From positions 1,408,001 through 1,472,000 of the forward strand of contig CBDATS010000004.1 in NCBI GenBank assembly GCA_965200245.1: 64,000 bases of DNA, read 5' to 3'. The stretch is from a bacterium. Lineage in GTDB: Bacteria > UBA8248. Made by a program: the position numbers and the translations under genes. The notes beneath the pieces are model-generated. The model was given only the letters and a program-made list of their open reading frames with translations, made no database searches and had not been told where the DNA came from. Below are positions 49,499 to 60,209 of this stretch, in pieces (the stretch's first letter is position 1; every line of letters starts with the position of its first letter).

Positions 49499-49860
49499 TT
49501 GAATTCGTTCTAAGACCGTTTGGGATCAGGATATCTTTTTATTGAGGATGGAGGGACCGCGGCTTTTTCTGGATTCAATCAAAGTGCTTTGCACAAACTC
49601 GATCAACTCGCCGTCGCTGCCGACACTCGTGGTCAGGAGTGACCCTACATCGCCAAGAAACCCTGAAAGACCACAGAAGGGGAAACTGAGCATCTGGATA
49701 TACGACCAGTGGCGAATATGCTTCCAATGTCCCACATGTAGCAATGGGTCGACCGATGTTCAGATTGTCGATGCTTATCAAGAATGGAGGGCATGACACG
49801 CTGTCCCATTCCCCGGGAGTCTTGCGAGATGATCTAGATGCGCTCAGGATGAGGGGGGAG
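49499..49860 (+). pseudogene. Decayed higBA toxin-antitoxin pair
   Basis: KLDQL...SI.I.DQWRICF...DVQIVD (HigB), then MTR.PI.PG.VLRDDLDAL (HigA), with stops and frameshifts. Confidence 0.6.
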
Positions 49861-50084
49861 TTCCAGCGGGACCTCCAGAAGTTCCACTAACTACAGACCG
49901 CAGGGTAGAAAATTGGTGAGGTTATCTCTTGTCTGCCGTCTTTGAGTCACCTCGTTTTCATCTGTGATTTGCCACCGCTGGGACCCCGCATCTAGAACAG
50001 GTAGAGCGACCGAACATGAAAAATGAAAATACCAGTTGTATTAAGTGGGAAAACGGCGAATCCTGAAATCATAAGGTTATTGTC

Positions 50085-50618
50085 ATGCAGTATGTCCTGT
50101 GCATCGTTTTGGTGCTTGTTTCCCCGGCATTGTCCCGGGACTTCACAGCGGCGCAAAGCATGCCCCACTCACGAAAGGCGGAACACACTCCCGGCAAACG
50201 CATTGTGTATCACGGCTCCGTTCGTGTGGTGGACGGAGATACGCTTGTGTACGGGAAAAAGCGAGTTCGACTGGTGGGCATAGACGCCCCGGAAACAGGG
50301 CAATGGTGCGAGCGCGGCGACGGAAAAGGATACGGGTGCGGGAAGGAGTCCAGACGCTTCTTGTTGAAGAGGATCGGTCTCGGCAAGGTGAAATGCATGG
50401 GACGGAGACTCGATCGGTACAAAAGACTTCTTGGCACCTGCTATCTGGATGATGGAACGAACCTGAATGAATGGATAGTCGCAAACGGGCACGCTCTTGC
50501 GTATCGCAGGTATTCCAGACGCTACGTGGAAGCCGAGAACAGGGCGTCCAGGGAAAAGCGCGGAATGTGGGCGGGGAACTTCGAGAAACCCTGGGTGTGG
50601 CGAAAACAGCGAAGGTGA
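50085..50618 (+). CDS. Thermonuclease (SNase) family secreted protein
   Basis: VVDGDT, RL.GIDAPE, DRY.R, G.A.AY..YS and A....RG.W. Confidence 0.92.
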   Translation: MQYVLCIVLVLVSPALSRDFTAAQSMPHSRKAEHTPGKRIVYHGSVRVVDGDTLVYGKKRVRLVGIDAPETGQWCERGDGKGYGCGKESRRFLLKRIGLGKVKCMGRRLDRYKRLLGTCYLDDGTNLNEWIVANGHALAYRRYSRRYVEAENRASREKRGMWAGNFEKPWVWRKQRR

Positions 50619-51080
50619 ATCTCCCGATCAGGACGGATTCCGGGAGTTACTCTCAAGCTGGCCCGTGGGTTCACGGTGAGGCAGTGTGCACTACCGTGAT
50701 CTTGGATGGTCGTCACCACTCCTTTTCTGGACTAGTCTTTTTCAGCGACCTTGTTCAGCTGTTCGCAACTGTGGAGGCGTCGCCGGCGTTGCTCTCGACT
50801 TTACCAACCTTGAAGACGGATACGGCATGTTCCCTGCCAGCCAGTCTCCCCGGCATCTGGTCCGGTAACACGATGAAGCACCAAGGATATCGGGAGATGA
50901 TGGACAGACTTGAGGAATGGGCTGGGTTGATTGCGCAAGTTGGAAAGGAGCAGTCGTGAATGCGAGGAGAAGGGGAGAGACCGCGTCAGGAGAAATCGCG
51001 CGATCAGTATTTTCTCACAACCCCTTCAATGGGGAAATGGTTCTGTTTTTCCCGTCTGTAGAGTCGCGAATCCCTGCCTG

Positions 51081-51986
51081 TCAGGATTTTCCGGCGATCC
51101 CGTCTTGTCGGGTTTCTCGTTCACCGAACCTGTAGAGAACGCGAGGATTCTCCACCAGTATCTTCCGCCGCATTTGCTCGTCGGGTGCGAATTCCGCGAG
51201 AAGATCCAGCAGGTCACCGTCGTTGGGAATCATGGGTTTCACGTTCGTGTGTGGCCAATCCGTGCCCCATACCACCCGCTCGGGCGCCATGTCTATCAAC
51301 GCGCGCGCCACGGAGACGGCGTCTCGGTAGGGAAACCCGGCCCTGGATATCCGCTCGGCACCGCTCAGTTTCACCCATGTGTTTCCCCTTTCCAGCAAAC
51401 CCAGCAGCAGCCTGAAATCAGGGTGCGACGGTGAGGACTCCGAGGGAACAAGACCCATATGGTCGAATACCACGTCGAGCGGCAATCGTCTTATCTCTGG
51501 TTCCAGTTCAGCCAACTGTGCGGCGTGTATGTGAAACTGCATGTGCCAGCCGAAGTCCTTGATTTTGGCGGCCAGTTCGCCCATCCGATCGATGCCGCTT
51601 TTTCCGCCGGAAGCCGAGTTGATGCGCGCTCCTCTGATGCCGCACCTGGTCAGTTCGTCGAGTCGCTCCTCCGTGACGCCGGCTTCCACCACGCCCACAC
51701 CCACGTAGCCCGGTCCCAGGACGCGGATTGCCTCGATCACCCTTGCGTTGTCCGCGCCGTAAGGACTCGCCTGAACGACGACCCCCCGATCCAGACCCAG
51801 AACGTCGGCCATCTTCCGGTAGTCGCTCTCGAGTACCGGAAAGGGTGTGTAGCGTCTCGGTTCCGTGTAGGGGTATTGCGATTCAGGTCCAAAGATGTGG
51901 AAATGACAATCTGCCGCTCCCGCCGGGGTTTCGAACTTCGGCGGTTTCGTATCCGGGTCGGGCCCGGGGATGGTGGGCCGTGTCAT
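51081..51986 (-). CDS. Amidohydrolase (LigI/2-pyrone-4,6-dicarboxylate lactonase-like)
   Basis: DCHFHIFGP, VQAS.YG.DN, DHMG, WVKLSG and WGTDWPH. Confidence 0.9.
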   Translation of the reverse strand: MTRPTIPGPDPDTKPPKFETPAGAADCHFHIFGPESQYPYTEPRRYTPFPVLESDYRKMADVLGLDRGVVVQASPYGADNARVIEAIRVLGPGYVGVGVVEAGVTEERLDELTRCGIRGARINSASGGKSGIDRMGELAAKIKDFGWHMQFHIHAAQLAELEPEIRRLPLDVVFDHMGLVPSESSPSHPDFRLLLGLLERGNTWVKLSGAERISRAGFPYRDAVSVARALIDMAPERVVWGTDWPHTNVKPMIPNDGDLLDLLAEFAPDEQMRRKILVENPRVLYRFGERETRQDGIAGKS

Positions 51987-52028
51987 CGGGCGCGCGTCCT
52001 CGAATCTATCAGGGGAAAGGTAGTGGAG

Positions 52029-52499
52029 CTATTTTCTCTTCTTCTTGCGGTAGGGCCTGTGGCACTGCGTGCAACTCTCCGTCAGTGCGGTGAAGGTCGT
52101 TTGAACGGCAGTTTTGTTCCTTGCCTCGGCCGCCCGGACCAAGTCTCTCGCGATTTTCGCCGAATCTCTCGCGATTTTCGAATAATCATCGAACCGGTTC
52201 CAGACTTCCGCCTTGATCCGCGTCTTGCCGAAGGCGCTGCCCTTGGGGCTCAGGTAAGGAATCGCCGCCGAGAGCAGCGCGATTTCCTCCGCCGCCGATG
52301 CGACGCGCTTGTAGTTCGCCTTTTTCGAATAGAGTTTGACACGGCGCATCGCGCGGCTGATGGTCTTCATCGTCCGCACACGCACCCTTTGTACCCCGCG
52401 CAGAGCCTGCTCTTCCCCGCTGGCCGAGAATGAAGGAAGAAAGAACATCGCCACCAGCACAGTGCAACCCAGTACGCATACCCGTTTCGAGGCTCGCAT
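52029..52499 (-). CDS. Class II cytochrome c (c'-like)
   Basis: Signal peptide, K.EVW..FDD and C-terminal CTQCH..YR. Confidence 0.85.
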   Translation of the reverse strand: MRASKRVCVLGCTVLVAMFFLPSFSASGEEQALRGVQRVRVRTMKTISRAMRRVKLYSKKANYKRVASAAEEIALLSAAIPYLSPKGSAFGKTRIKAEVWNRFDDYSKIARDSAKIARDLVRAAEARNKTAVQTTFTALTESCTQCHRPYRKKKRK

Positions 52500-53180
52500 A
52501 CCCACTCCCTGTCGACGATTCGTGACGTCTTTTCCCGATAGCATTCCCCATATTAGGAATACGGGGCAGAAACTGTCAATCAAGCGGGCATGTTCGGGGA
52601 AAATCGATGCGAAAGAACAGACACATACAAACAGTAGGAACAGGCCTCGACCTGATCCTCTATCGGCGCCGCCTGCCATTTCTTCGAGCCGCGTAGAAAG
52701 TGCCGTTTTTGGGTTCTACCCGCTTTCCGATTCCCTGAGAGAGACCCGGGGTTCACGCCAAGGGCGGCTCCCGGTTTCCGGTGCTCGTTCGCCAGGTCTT
52801 CGCTTTCGATGAGACGGGAAGACCGCGCAGGGCATTGATAGGCTGCACGGGGCGGAGGGGTTGAAACCCGTATCCGTGACCATACGCGCATCGGGGTCGA
52901 GGCCGCTCCCCGGGAAGCCGTCCTGCATCTGCTTCCGGAGCATTACCGTTCCACCCGGGTCCACACTCCATGCCGGGTCGATATTCGTCCAGAACCCGTG
53001 TCTGGATCGACGCGAATCAAGCCACTCACGGCTCAATCCCTGTAGTCGCTATTGCTGTGGGAGACGAGAGCCCGTGTGGAAACTTCCACCGTCAAACCCT
53101 GTGCGACGGGAATGTTCGATGACACGTGCATTTGCCCGTGACGGCCCGAAATTGCACGGGCCCTTCCGGGCGGCGTCTGT

Positions 53181-54032
53181 TCACCGAACCTGAGGTGCGG
53201 GCTTCGGTTTGGCGAGTAGATATGTCGGCGCGGCGCGGCCCTTTATCTCCGCCCCGTCCCGCACCCAAAGCTGGGAACTCGATCCGCCGTCCAGGTTCAT
53301 GGCGACCCGGACGCCCAGGCCGCCCCTCGATTCCGGCAGGATGAGAAACTCCTGAAGCTCGCACCAGGAGATGCCGCGCGTATCACCCTCGCTCACCAGA
53401 ACGACAAGCCGATCCTCCGTGTCCAGTCCGACCACCGTTCTCCTCGTGGCGCGCAGAAATTCCCGGTAGCGCGTCAGCCCCGGAACGGGCCGCCCGTCCT
53501 TCACGAGCAAGGGCCCGGCCTGAAAGGCTTCCTTTACAACTGAATCATCGAATTCCTCGCGGGAGACGATTCTCGGTCTCCCTTTCTTCCCCACAGAGAA
53601 GAGGGCTCCGTAATGCAGGAATGTCCTGCGTCCCCGGTGCAGCACAACGCTGTTGAACACCTTTCCACCTGAGCGGAAATATCCCATGGGGCGGCCTTTT
53701 TCATCATAATAGCTTGCGTTCAAAATCACCGCGGCACCCAGATTTTCACCGAGAACCTTTAGATCGACGGACGAGAACCACTCCGATTTGTCGCGCCAGT
53801 GAAGCCGGATTTCAAAGTCTTGATGCCGCAGTCGAACAGCCTTCATCCGCGCGGTCGCGCCATCGTCGAACCGGATGCGGACATCGCGTGTTTCGACGAA
53901 AGGGGATTGCCGCCGAAACCAGCGGCCTTCTCCCACGGGTTGGCCCTTGAGGGGACAATCGGACGCAGAAACCGCAGGTGGAATGACCAGGAAAGGACCT
54001 GCAATGAGTATCAGAAAAAGCAAACGCTTCAT
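53181..54032 (-). CDS. Phosphodiester glycosidase (NAGPA) family exported protein
   Basis: Signal peptide, NASYY, QAGP.LV, RT.VG and AMNLDGGSS. Confidence 0.85.
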   Translation of the reverse strand: MKRLLFLILIAGPFLVIPPAVSASDCPLKGQPVGEGRWFRRQSPFVETRDVRIRFDDGATARMKAVRLRHQDFEIRLHWRDKSEWFSSVDLKVLGENLGAAVILNASYYDEKGRPMGYFRSGGKVFNSVVLHRGRRTFLHYGALFSVGKKGRPRIVSREEFDDSVVKEAFQAGPLLVKDGRPVPGLTRYREFLRATRRTVVGLDTEDRLVVLVSEGDTRGISWCELQEFLILPESRGGLGVRVAMNLDGGSSSQLWVRDGAEIKGRAAPTYLLAKPKPAPQVR

Positions 54033-54086
54033 GTCGATACACCTCTCGCCGCCGAGGATCTCATCTCGAATCAAGGTCCGCAGCGA

Positions 54087-55694
54087 CTAGAAACCAGCCG
54101 CGCAGCCATCTCTGCGATGATCGGAACCACCCATGAATACTCCGTCATCGAGCCGCACGATTCCCTGCCCTCCACCGAAACCCTCATAACCGCCTGCACG
54201 GCGGACATCATGGCCTCGCGACTCCAGCTCCCGCAGCACGTCTTCCGGCACACCGTTCTCTATTGCCACCGCACGATCACCCAAAGCGCGAAAACGGGGC
54301 GCCTCGATGGCTTCCTGGACGTCCATGCCGAAATCCACCATGTTCGAGAGAACCTGTACGTGGCCCTGCGGCTGCATGTCGCCTCCCATGACGCCGAAAC
54401 TCATCCAGGGTTCCCCGTTCTTCATTACAAAGCCGGGAATGATGGTGTGCAGGGGACGCTTCCCGGGCGCGAGGCAGTTCGGGTGGTCTTCCTCGAGCAC
54501 GAATCCGCTGCCCCTGTTCTGGAGCATGATGCCTGTCTCTCCCCCGGTGATCCCCGAACCGAAATGATGGAACAGACTGTTGATGAACGAGCACATGTTG
54601 CCCCGTGAATCCGCCACGGTGAGGTAAATCGTGTCATTCCAGCCCGGGGGGATTCCCGGTCCTGGATTTCCTGCTTTCGCTTCATCGATGAGTTTTCGCC
54701 GTTCATCGGCATATTCCGGGGAAAGCAGCCCCTCCAGGGGAACATCCGCCTTGGCCATATCCGCAACGTAGCGATCTCTGTCCGCAAAGGCGAGCTTCAT
54801 CGCCTCAATCACGATGTGGAGATGATCGGCCGAACCGTAGCTCATCTCTCCCAGGGGATATGCGTCGATGAGATTCAGACAGACCAGCGCCGTGACCCCC
54901 TGCCCCGAGGGTGGTATCTCGCAGAGCTCATGGCTTCGATATTTCGCACGAATCGGTTCCACCCATTCGGATTTCGTGGCGGCGAAATCCTCTGGTTCGA
55001 ACAAACCCCCGATTTCCTTGGTGTAGCGAACGATCTCCTCGGCAATCGGGCCTTCGTAGAAAGCCTCACGTCCGCCATCGGCTATCTTCCGCAGGGATTC
55101 TCCCAGTTTCGGATTCCGGAATCTCTCTCCAATCCCGGGGGGACGCCCGCACGGCAGATAGAATCGATTCGAATATGCGCATTTCTTCAGTTTTTCCGTC
55201 TGATTCGCCCAGGCACGGCCGATGATGGGAGAAAGAGGAAACCCGGCTTCCGCGTATTGAATCGCCGGGCGAAGAAGTTCAGACATTTTCTTCTTGCCGC
55301 TGCCGCATCGCTCATGGGCGGTGAACCAGCCATCCACCGCCCCGGGAAGAGTGCATGAAAGAATTCCCGTCTCCGGCATGGAGGAAAATTCCCGGTAACG
55401 AGAGAGATTCGCCTTCGCCGGACTCTTTCCGCTGCCGTTCAACCCCAGGAGTTCCTTCGAATCGGCGTCCCAATACAGCATGAACATGTCCCCGCCGATA
55501 CCCGTGGATTGCGGTTCCACCACGTTCAGCGCCGCTGCCGTTGCGATTGCCGCGTCCATGGCGTTTCCGCCCTCTCTGAGGATTTGGAGGCCTGCCTCGG
55601 CGGCCAGGGGCTGGCTGGTGGCTACCAGGCCGCCCCTGGCGAATACGGGAGAGCGCCCTGCGGTCAACGATGTCCTTGTGGTCGGCTCTTTCAA
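54087..55694 (-). CDS. ggt: Gamma-glutamyltransferase
   Basis: GGNAMDAA, GIGGD, D-T cleavage site (DTIYL), LQNRG, KRPLHTI and MGG.MQPQG. Confidence 0.93.
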   Translation of the reverse strand: MKEPTTRTSLTAGRSPVFARGGLVATSQPLAAEAGLQILREGGNAMDAAIATAAALNVVEPQSTGIGGDMFMLYWDADSKELLGLNGSGKSPAKANLSRYREFSSMPETGILSCTLPGAVDGWFTAHERCGSGKKKMSELLRPAIQYAEAGFPLSPIIGRAWANQTEKLKKCAYSNRFYLPCGRPPGIGERFRNPKLGESLRKIADGGREAFYEGPIAEEIVRYTKEIGGLFEPEDFAATKSEWVEPIRAKYRSHELCEIPPSGQGVTALVCLNLIDAYPLGEMSYGSADHLHIVIEAMKLAFADRDRYVADMAKADVPLEGLLSPEYADERRKLIDEAKAGNPGPGIPPGWNDTIYLTVADSRGNMCSFINSLFHHFGSGITGGETGIMLQNRGSGFVLEEDHPNCLAPGKRPLHTIIPGFVMKNGEPWMSFGVMGGDMQPQGHVQVLSNMVDFGMDVQEAIEAPRFRALGDRAVAIENGVPEDVLRELESRGHDVRRAGGYEGFGGGQGIVRLDDGVFMGGSDHRRDGCAAGF

Positions 55695-55721
55695 AATCCA
55701 CTCCTTGGCGTGATGCAGTTT

Positions 55722-56795
55722 CTAGATTCGTGCGTCCTGGAATGACGACTGTTCATTGTTCCGGAGAAAAACCCTTTCGCAAGCTTCCTCACCGCCGCAG
55801 GAGGCCGTGGCGTCCGGCCCTACGACACATCGTTTCAATACGGAATTCCCGTCTATCTTCCCGCCCGGAAAGATGATGGATTCTTGTACCACGGCGTCAT
55901 CCCCAAGAGTAGCACCCGCCATGATTGCAGTGAAGGGGCCCGCTTTCGCATTCTTCCGGATAACGACATCGGGGCCTATCAATACCGGGGGTTCGATGCT
56001 TCCCTCTCCCCACTTCATGGAGGGGCCTTGCATGAATACATACTCTCTTGTCGGCCAACCGAAATCCGGTACGAATTTGCCGAGAATGAGGTCCGTGTTC
56101 GCCTGCAAATACCGGGACGGGGTGCCTGCGTCCGTCCAGTAGGAATCACTCGGAACCGCTCCAATCCGGAACCCTTTTTTCATCAACTCAGGATAAATCT
56201 GTGTTGATATGTCCGACACCGCTCCGGCAGGAATATGGCTCAACATTTCAGGAGACATGACGCTCAGGCCTGTGAACATCGCCTGGCTCAACTTGCCTTG
56301 AGGACTCCCCGGTGCGCTCGCGTCCAAAAACTTTCGCAAACGCCCCGACTCGTCGTACTCAAGCACACCGTATTTTTTGGCCTCGGGCGAACACCGGAGT
56401 ATGAGGGTGGCGAGAAAATTTCCCTGTTGGTGATGATCTGATGCCAACCTTAAATCCACGCCACACGGCGCATCCGCGTTGATGACGAAAAAAGGCTCGT
56501 TCTTCTCACACAGGAACGCCTCTGCATTCTTGATTCCACCGGCAGTGCCCAGAATCTCCGGTTCATGAAAATAATGAATATGGACACCATGCGCAGAATT
56601 GCCCAGAAAAGAGCGAATCTTCTCCGCGCCATGGTGCAGATTGACTGCGACCTCTTTCACACCGGCAGCAGCCAGTTTCTCCAGTGCAAAGCCGATAAGC
56701 GGTACTCCGCCCAGGGGCAAAAGCGGTTTGGGAATCTCTTCTCCCAGTGCTCCCAACCTTTTCCCGTAACCGGCGGCCATCACGAACGCTCGCAT
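55722..56795 (-). CDS. NDP-sugar pyrophosphorylase/nucleotidyltransferase with C-terminal beta-helix
   Basis: MAAGYGKRL..L...PKPLLP, E.EILGTAGG, INAD and W.D.GT. Confidence 0.88.
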   Translation of the reverse strand: MRAFVMAAGYGKRLGALGEEIPKPLLPLGGVPLIGFALEKLAAAGVKEVAVNLHHGAEKIRSFLGNSAHGVHIHYFHEPEILGTAGGIKNAEAFLCEKNEPFFVINADAPCGVDLRLASDHHQQGNFLATLILRCSPEAKKYGVLEYDESGRLRKFLDASAPGSPQGKLSQAMFTGLSVMSPEMLSHIPAGAVSDISTQIYPELMKKGFRIGAVPSDSYWTDAGTPSRYLQANTDLILGKFVPDFGWPTREYVFMQGPSMKWGEGSIEPPVLIGPDVVIRKNAKAGPFTAIMAGATLGDDAVVQESIIFPGGKIDGNSVLKRCVVGPDATASCGGEEACERVFLRNNEQSSFQDARI

Positions 56796-56877
56796 TGCAC
56801 GTTCCTCTTGTTTACCTTGAGTGCAAAGCAAAACCGGGCATCGGATATGCCCGGTTTGTCTGATGTTTCCCTTATCG

Positions 56878-59208
56878 CTAGCTAGCTTCGGCATTTTCCC
56901 TGTGAATGGCCATGGCGACACTCTCCGGCGTGATCGGCAGCTTGGTAAATCGATGACCGATGGCATCTCGCACGGCATTCGAAATCGCGGCCAGGGTGGG
57001 TACCAATGAACTCTCTCCCACGCCCTTGGCGCCGTAAGGGCCGGTTGCATTGGCCTCTTCGACGATGATGGTGGTGAATTCGGGTGTGTCCATCGACACG
57101 GGAATCTCGTACCGCGCGAAATCCGGTGTGAGCACGCGGCCGTCATGCACGTCGATTTCCTCGATCAGGGCTTGCCCCAGCCCCATCTCGATGCCCCCCT
57201 GGATCTGCCCGATCACTCCTTGCGGGTTGATGGCCCGCCCCACGTCGTGTGCGGCGACCATACGCTGCACCCAGACTTCTCCCGTATCCGGATCGACCGC
57301 TATGTCCGCCACCTGTACGCCATAGCTGTACACCATGAACGGCCTGCCCTCTCCGGTTTCGGGGTTAAACGTCAAGGGACCGGTGCTGAACCAGCCCTGG
57401 CCCGTAATCTGTTCGCCGACCAACAGTGCCTGTGAGACCACCTCGCCAAACGAAATGGAACGCTCGGGCGCGCTTTTGATAAAGACCCGTCCACTCTTGA
57501 AGGCCACATCCTCGACTGGTCCTTCGAGCATCTCCGCTGCCACCGGGGTCAGGATTCCCCGAACCTCCGCGATGGCTTCGCATATCGCATTGCCGGGAAT
57601 GGTGGTGGAACGCGACCCCGCCGTAAAACCACTTTCCGGCACGGCATCCGTATCCACCTGCATGATCCGCACGTCCTCAAAACGAACGCCCATTGCTTCG
57701 GCCGCAATCTGGGCGAGCACCGTGTGCGAACCCTGCCCGAGTTCGATGATGCCGACGCCAACCTGTACCTTCCCGTCATCGGTTACATGAACCTGCGCGC
57801 CGCAGGAGTCCGAAGGCGATGCGGCACCCGTGGAATACCAGAACCCCGCCATGCCCCGGCCATACAGCAGGCCATTGCCGTTTGCGGTTTCCCGCGGATG
57901 CGGGCCGAGCGCCTTTTCCGCTTCGTCAAGACAATCCATATATCCAACGCTCTGATCCAGCACCTGGCGGGTTGCAGTGGAAGAGCCGACCTTGTAGCCG
58001 TTGAATCGTCTCAACTCGAAAGGATCCATTCCGAGTGAAAGCGCCAGTTCGTCCATCTGACTTTCAATCGCGAAGTGCACCTGGGGAACGCCCAGACCAC
58101 GCATGGCGCAAGTGTTGATGTTGTTCGTAAGCACGAGGTAACCATCGGCCCAGACGTTGTCGCATTCATAGGCGCCGGAGGAATGGATGATAAGCTTTTT
58201 GATGATACCGGGTCCTACTGCGGCGTACGGGCCCTTGTTGAGATAAATCTCGATGCGCATGGCTGTGATTTTGCCATCTTTCCTGGCACCGACCTTGTGC
58301 CGGATCACCGCGGGCACTCTTTTCGCCTTGCTGCCCAGGGATTCTTCCCTCGTGTAGTTATAGATTGCGGGACGGCGCGTTTTGAGCGCGACCAGACCCG
58401 CCCGCATGGCGATTTCGATGGAGGTTTCCTCTTTTCCGCCAAATCCACCGCCCGGTGGAGTAGAGATGAACTGTATCTCGTTCTGGCCCAATCCCAGCAC
58501 CGGAGCAATAACGCGCCTCACCATATGCGGGCACTGGGTTGGTCCGGTGCAGGTGATGGAACCATCGGGATTGGGGACCACATAACCCGCATCGGGTTCG
58601 AGGTAAGCGTGATCGATGAACTGCGTCTCGTAGGTATTTTCGAGTACCACGTCCGCTTCGGCGAAACCTTTTTCAATATCCCCCTTGCGGATCTTCAAGT
58701 GGGTGAGCACATTTCCCTTGGCCACCGGATGATCCGGCTGAACAATCGGGGCGTCATCCTTCAGGGCGTCCTGTGTTTCAAAAACAGCCGGGAGCGCCTT
58801 TGTTTTCATTTTCACCAATCCCGCCGCGAATTCCGCCTGTTCCAGCGTGTCCGCCGCCACGACGGCCACGACATCTTGAAGCGAATAGATGCGTTTTTCT
58901 ACCAAAGCCGGCTGATCGGGGATCAACATGCCGTAGAGTTTCTGGCCGGGAATGTCCTTGGCGGTCAGTACACAGGCGACGCCCGGCGCCATTTCCGCCT
59001 CGGTCGTATCGACCTGCTCAAGTGTTCCGCAAGGAATGGGAGCTGTCACCGGAACTACGTGCAGCGGATTGAACAGTTTGTGGTCCGCAGCGAATACGGG
59101 CGAGCCATCCGCCTTGGGAGGACCATCCACCCTTGGCATGTCGGCGCCGATGAGATCCCCGTCATCATCAGGTCCGCCGAACATCTCTTGATAAAAACGC
59201 TCTGACAT
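56878..59208 (-). CDS. Xanthine dehydrogenase family molybdopterin-binding subunit
   Basis: HAYLEP, GGGFGGK, AMRGLG.PQ, ELGQG, GSRS, D.GRAINP and GAKGVGE. Confidence 0.92.
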   Translation of the reverse strand: MSERFYQEMFGGPDDDGDLIGADMPRVDGPPKADGSPVFAADHKLFNPLHVVPVTAPIPCGTLEQVDTTEAEMAPGVACVLTAKDIPGQKLYGMLIPDQPALVEKRIYSLQDVVAVVAADTLEQAEFAAGLVKMKTKALPAVFETQDALKDDAPIVQPDHPVAKGNVLTHLKIRKGDIEKGFAEADVVLENTYETQFIDHAYLEPDAGYVVPNPDGSITCTGPTQCPHMVRRVIAPVLGLGQNEIQFISTPPGGGFGGKEETSIEIAMRAGLVALKTRRPAIYNYTREESLGSKAKRVPAVIRHKVGARKDGKITAMRIEIYLNKGPYAAVGPGIIKKLIIHSSGAYECDNVWADGYLVLTNNINTCAMRGLGVPQVHFAIESQMDELALSLGMDPFELRRFNGYKVGSSTATRQVLDQSVGYMDCLDEAEKALGPHPRETANGNGLLYGRGMAGFWYSTGAASPSDSCGAQVHVTDDGKVQVGVGIIELGQGSHTVLAQIAAEAMGVRFEDVRIMQVDTDAVPESGFTAGSRSTTIPGNAICEAIAEVRGILTPVAAEMLEGPVEDVAFKSGRVFIKSAPERSISFGEVVSQALLVGEQITGQGWFSTGPLTFNPETGEGRPFMVYSYGVQVADIAVDPDTGEVWVQRMVAAHDVGRAINPQGVIGQIQGGIEMGLGQALIEEIDVHDGRVLTPDFARYEIPVSMDTPEFTTIIVEEANATGPYGAKGVGESSLVPTLAAISNAVRDAIGHRFTKLPITPESVAMAIHRENAEAS

Positions 59209-59291
59209 TACAAACCTCCGCTCATGGAAAACATGTTTTTCGATATGATGGAGTCGACTTGCATCATTGCAAGGAAACAGAAAGCGACTGC

Positions 59292-60209
59292 CTATTCTGA
59301 CTCCGGGCCGCCGGGTTTCCTCCGGAACAGGCGTTCTATTTCATCAGCCACCTCGGCGCCGGGAGGCAACTTTTCCTCATCTTCCTCGATGTCTCCATCG
59401 AACACATCTTCAAAATCAAGGCCCGGGATATGATTGGGAATCTGGCCTTTTTGAATATCCTCCACATATTTTGCGATGCGGGGATCTTTGGCGATGATTT
59501 GTTCAACCTGCCCTTCGAACACCTTGATGGAGACGTCGAAATCCTCTAGGGAAATCTCGAAGCCACCCAGGACGCTCAATCTATCCAACAGTGCGCGCGT
59601 AGCTTTCGGGTTGGAGAGAGATGCGATGTAGTGGGGCACATTCACCCACAAGCTGACTGCTGGATAACCCTCATCCTGCATGAGCGTTTGGATGACCCCC
59701 ACAATGCCCGTAGGGCCTTCGTAGCGGGAAACCTCCACGCCCGAGGGTTCTATCAACGACGGATCGGTTGCGATGGCCATCAAATGGCTGGGTTGGGTAT
59801 GCAAGTCTCCTGCGAGCAGCGCCCCCATCGTCACAATCATCCGCGCACTGAATCGGTTGCCTATTGCAAGGATGTCGCGGCTGAAGCGTTTCCATTTCAG
59901 ATGGGGTTCGGTGCCAATCCCGATAATGAGATCCCGCGAAAGACCCGGCGTTCGGCAATAGAAAAATTCGTTCGACGGCCAGGTAATCTGCCTTTCGCCG
60001 GATTCACTGAGCTTGACGGTTGGCCTCTGATCTGCAAACTGGAAAAAATCATCCGGCTGTATTTGCGCCACACGTTTTCCCTCGAAGCGTTGAACCAGAA
60101 AACGTGCCGCCTCCGTCGCGGATTCCGCAGCATCGTTCCATCCGGAAAACGCCATGATCAGCAAAGGACCGTTGGCGTCCTCCACTTTGTGGAAAAACGT
60201 AACGCTCAT
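59292..60209 (-). CDS. PAC2 (proteasome assembly chaperone-like) family protein
   Basis: AF.GWNDA, RP.V, G.EP.LKW, YEGPTGI.G and W..VPHY. Confidence 0.88.
   Translation of the reverse strand: MSVTFFHKVEDANGPLLIMAFSGWNDAAESATEAARFLVQRFEGKRVAQIQPDDFFQFADQRPTVKLSESGERQITWPSNEFFYCRTPGLSRDLIIGIGTEPHLKWKRFSRDILAIGNRFSARMIVTMGALLAGDLHTQPSHLMAIATDPSLIEPSGVEVSRYEGPTGIVGVIQTLMQDEGYPAVSLWVNVPHYIASLSNPKATRALLDRLSVLGGFEISLEDFDVSIKVFEGQVEQIIAKDPRIAKYVEDIQKGQIPNHIPGLDFEDVFDGDIEEDEEKLPPGAEVADEIERLFRRKPGGPESE

Noticed and set aside
50640-50960. Possible gene or IS remnant at the island's right edge
   Set aside because: No recognisable motif, repeat or start signal.
53065-53115. Group II intron hallmarks (GAGCCCG..GAAA, GTGCG)
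   Set aside because: No complete domain V, wrong order of elements and no RT gene.
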